Origin: an uncultured virus (IMG/VR IMGVR_UViG_3300046170_000325)
Taxonomy: Duplodnaviria > Heunggongvirae > Uroviricota > Caudoviricetes
Length of the DNA stretch: 64,000 nt
IMG/VR virus record: IMGVR_UViG_3300046170_000325
Reading direction: 5' to 3' (one strand)
The translations under genes were made by a program, and so were the position numbers. The notes under the pieces are model-generated. The model did not search any database. It saw nothing but the letters and a program-made list of their open reading frames with translations, and was not told where the DNA came from. Below, in pieces: positions 61,646 to 64,000 of the stretch. Positions within the stretch are counted from its first letter, which is position 1, and each line of letters starts with the position of its first letter.

Positions 61646-61691
61646 TAGGAGAGATAGTATTCTCTAGTAGAAATCTTGTTAGAATATAGAC

Positions 61692-62183
61692 ATGGAAGAG
61701 AAAAAAAAATTAACAAAAAAACAGGAAACATTTGTCGACCTTATGGTGTATCAAGATTATAAGCAGACGAAGTGTGCTCATCTTGCGGGCTATGAAAATC
61801 CAGGGGTTGCAGCAACTAGGTTGTTGAGTGATCAGCAGTATGCTCATGTGCAAGAGAAGATCATGGAACTCAAAGCTGTGCAAAGAACTAAGAATGAAAT
61901 TACTTTTGAAGGCATAGCAACTAAGTTAGGTGAGATAAGAGATGTTGCATTAGCCGATGGAAGTTATGGGCCTGCGGTTACAGCAGAGATTGCAAGAGCT
62001 AAACTTGCTGGGCTTATGGTAGATAGGAAAGAGTTGAAGATTCATAAGATAGACAACATGAGTAGGGATCAGCTAGAGAATAGATTGAAGGAGTTGGTGT
62101 TAGAGAATCAGATTATCTTGGGTACTTCGGAAACTGTAGAAGATGATAAGGATCTTATTGAAGATCAGACTGATCAAGAATAG
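61692..62183 (+). CDS. Terminase small subunit
   Basis: KLTKKQETFV...AHLAGY...AATRLL (HTH), AEIARAKLAGL. Confidence 0.75.
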   Translation: MEEKKKLTKKQETFVDLMVYQDYKQTKCAHLAGYENPGVAATRLLSDQQYAHVQEKIMELKAVQRTKNEITFEGIATKLGEIRDVALADGSYGPAVTAEIARAKLAGLMVDRKELKIHKIDNMSRDQLENRLKELVLENQIILGTSETVEDDKDLIEDQTDQE

Positions 62184-62343
62184 CTTTGACTCTATCTTCT
62201 GCGTCCTTTAACTTGCGTTCGCAATACTTTACGACCTTAGTTCCTTCTTCAAAAGATTGGATTGATTCTTCGAGGGATATGTTTTCTTTTTCTAAGGAGC
62301 TGACTAAGTCTTTCAACTTAGCCATACCTTTTTCGAATGTCAT
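62155..62343 (-). CDS. xseB: Exodeoxyribonuclease VII small subunit homolog (no xseA in the window)
   Basis: MTFEKGMAKLKDLVSSLEKENISLEESIQSFEEGTKVVKYCERKLKDAEDRV matches the XseB pattern; TAATG-coupled start at 62343. Confidence 0.85.
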   Translation of the reverse strand: MTFEKGMAKLKDLVSSLEKENISLEESIQSFEEGTKVVKYCERKLKDAEDRVKAILDQSDLQ

Positions 62344-62570
62344 TAACTTACCCTTTGCACACAATATCTTTTAGATGTTGCGTCCTTCCAGAATTGGAAC
62401 TTGCGATCCTTGAAGTGTGCTGTGTAGAAGTTTGATCTGTATTTGTAGACCTCATCTCTACTTAAACCTGTAATCGTATCTCCGATTAAAAGTTTATCGA
62501 GTGCTTGTGTAAATGGTGTTCTAAAGTTTGCTTTCTTTAGTGGCACATCTTTTTCTATTTTAAATCCCAT
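62343..62570 (-). CDS. Small phage protein (FKIEKDVP type)
   Basis: ATG 62570 with AAGGAG SD. Confidence 0.55.
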   Translation of the reverse strand: MGFKIEKDVPLKKANFRTPFTQALDKLLIGDTITGLSRDEVYKYRSNFYTAHFKDRKFQFWKDATSKRYCVQRVS

Positions 62571-62853
62571 TGTTCTCTCTCCTTTTTTGGTTAAATAATT
62601 TTCTTTGCCTTTCGTGTTCATCTCCTTTCATCATGTCAATAAGATCCTCCTCACTATGTGGGCTAGGAATATGTTGCTTATGATTAGAGTTAGACCATTC
62701 AATTACTTGGCTATCATCATTGTATGTAATGGTAAACTTCCAAGGTTTTTCAGGATCTTTCTTTTCGTCAAGGATCATCTTGATTTCTTTACGCCACTTC
62801 TCTAGTTTGATAAGTGTGCGTTGTCGTTCTACTTTTAGATCATGTTCTGTCAT
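62560..62853 (-). CDS. Early hypothetical protein
   Basis: GAGGAGGT SD; overlapping operon. Confidence 0.55.
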   Translation of the reverse strand: MTEHDLKVERQRTLIKLEKWRKEIKMILDEKKDPEKPWKFTITYNDDSQVIEWSNSNHKQHIPSPHSEEDLIDMMKGDEHERQRKLFNQKRRENNGI

Positions 62854-63040
62854 TAGATACCTCCTCTATTTCTAAAACTTCTTCTTCATCATAACCAAGA
62901 TTAAGTCCTGTTCCTGTGCTTAACTCATTTTCTGGCTCATAGTTTCCCATATCAACCATTTCTCTAGCTTCATCTTCTGATTTTGCTTCAACTTCTATTT
63001 CAGAATAGCCTATCCATTTTGTAAATACTTTATACCTCAT
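62840..63040 (-). CDS. Acidic early protein (IEVEAKSEDEA motif)
   Basis: AAGGAG SD; a recurrent small-phage-protein motif. Confidence 0.55.
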   Translation of the reverse strand: MRYKVFTKWIGYSEIEVEAKSEDEAREMVDMGNYEPENELSTGTGLNLGYDEEEVLEIEEVSNDRT

Positions 63041-63667
63041 CTTTTATCTCCTTGTTGATACTTTGTTCTATGTATGTTCCCCATTGATCAGCCATGGCCT
63101 TAGCAATGCCTGTGTAGAACATACTCCTTTCTTTACCCTTGCCACTACCAATCCACCAAATCCTATGCTTTTCTTTAGGGTGTAGTTTGTCAGTAGCTTC
63201 CTTAACATTATCTGTTTCAGTCAGCTTGGGTAAATCTTTTAGCCATAAGCAAGTGCGTTTGTATTCTTTGTGTCCAAACTGATAAGGGTTAATCGTTTGA
63301 TCTGATTTCCTTATGTAAGATGAGATAACACTTACTGGATTCTCAATGGCTATATGTTTGATTGGAGCTTCCATAAGTTTTTTGACAAACTCAATAGCGT
63401 CATCTCTTAAATGCATTGGTTTCTTACCCTCAGTAAACCACCTTGCCCCACTAACAGATAGATGAGTGCATGGTGGGTGTCCTATCATCAAGTCCCAACC
63501 TTGATCCAAGATGTCAAAGACATCTCCTCATAGTGTCTATCTTGTATATCGCTTTCGCATGGTAGTATGTCGCAAGACCAAGCGTCAAAACCTAGTTCAA
63601 GGAATGCGTCCCTTACTGTTCCACTATACTCACAAGCAACCAATACTTTTATCTTGCTTCTATCCAT
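63030..63667 (-). pseudogene. Short C5-methyltransferase-like protein with a 1-nt frameshift near 63527
   Basis: Frame 1 from ATG 63667: KVLVACEYSGTVRDAF...WSCDILP...HYE. Frame 2: (G)DVFDILDQGWDLMIGHPPCTHL...IENPV...PYQFGH...TCLWLKDLP...AMADQWG. Confidence 0.75.
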
Positions 63668-63857
63668 TGTCTTGCTCCTTTAGTGCGTTTGAATGTTGTT
63701 GCCAATAGCTTATAAATTGTTCTAGCTTTTCAATGTGCTTTTCTATGTTCTTACTGTCTTCATAGTGAAGCCTGTAATCAATCATCTCTTTTATGTGTTC
63801 AAAAGACTTCTCTATTTCTTTTAAATCATCTTGTAAAAAACCTACTAATCTACTCAT
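63660..63857 (-). CDS. Early hypothetical protein
   Basis: GAGGAGGT SD; overlapping operon. Confidence 0.55.
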   Translation of the reverse strand: MSRLVGFLQDDLKEIEKSFEHIKEMIDYRLHYEDSKNIEKHIEKLEQFISYWQQHSNALKEQDNG

Positions 63858-64000
63858 TGTCTACCTCCTCTATTTCTATGACATGAGCAAAGTCATCACA
63901 CTCAAAACAGTATGCGTCCTTTCCTGCATGGTTAGTAATTGGTTGACCATTCACATCTTCCATAGTCCATGATTGCGTCCTACATTCTTCGCATACGCTT
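63850..64000 (-). CDS. Zn-ribbon-like early protein, start lies beyond the window edge
   Basis: My translation ...VCEECRTQSW...AYCFECDDFAHVIEIEEVDNE*. Confidence 0.5.
   Translation of the reverse strand, partial: SVCEECRTQSWTMEDVNGQPITNHAGKDAYCFECDDFAHVIEIEEVDNE

Noticed and set aside
61189..61689. Overlapping ORFs 61189-61545, 61245-61598, 61277-61555 and the C-terminal part of 61264-61689
   Set aside because: The Cys/Ala/His-rich translations come from the GTGC repeat region. Only the N-terminus of 61264 (HGGKGSRDR...FDRIFGK, with SD and ATGA coupling) looks like a real small protein.

Overview
The window joins two unrelated DNAs. Bases 1-~7206 are Flavobacteriaceae/Bacteroidota chromosome: a partial DUF853 HerA-like ATPase, queE, asnB, a T9SS cargo protein and gyrB, with TAnnTTTG promoter boxes and no Shine-Dalgarno (SD) sites. 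At the expected gyrB stop codon the sequence switches to at least 57 kb of a marine tailed-phage genome, probably podovirus-like and circularly permuted. It uses sigma70-type promoters and strong GGAG SD sites, and no integrase is visible. The junction may therefore be an assembly or amplification chimera rather than a prophage. Phage modules: early minus-strand cassettes, terminase/portal/GroES/scaffold/Mu-gpT-type capsid, tail, sulfotransferase plus three 2OG-Fe(II) oxygenases, lysis, ejection proteins, replication/recombination, three DNA methyltransferases (two frameshifted), TerS and a lone XseB. The main candidate new system is an overlapping gene run, membrane protein-csgF-csgG-curlin-like protein-FecR-CHASE2 adenylate cyclase (32628-37754), nested among the lysis genes. 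It looks like a phage-encoded trans-envelope sensing and cAMP signalling device. Other highlights: a Hint/BIL domain inside a Pro/Met-rich protein, TTGCG-N6-TGCGT arrays, a pseudoknot RNA after the capsid gene, a shared [FYML]xxGG peptide motif and 16-17 bp repeats at ribosome-binding sites. All family assignments come from motif recognition by eye; no database searches were run.
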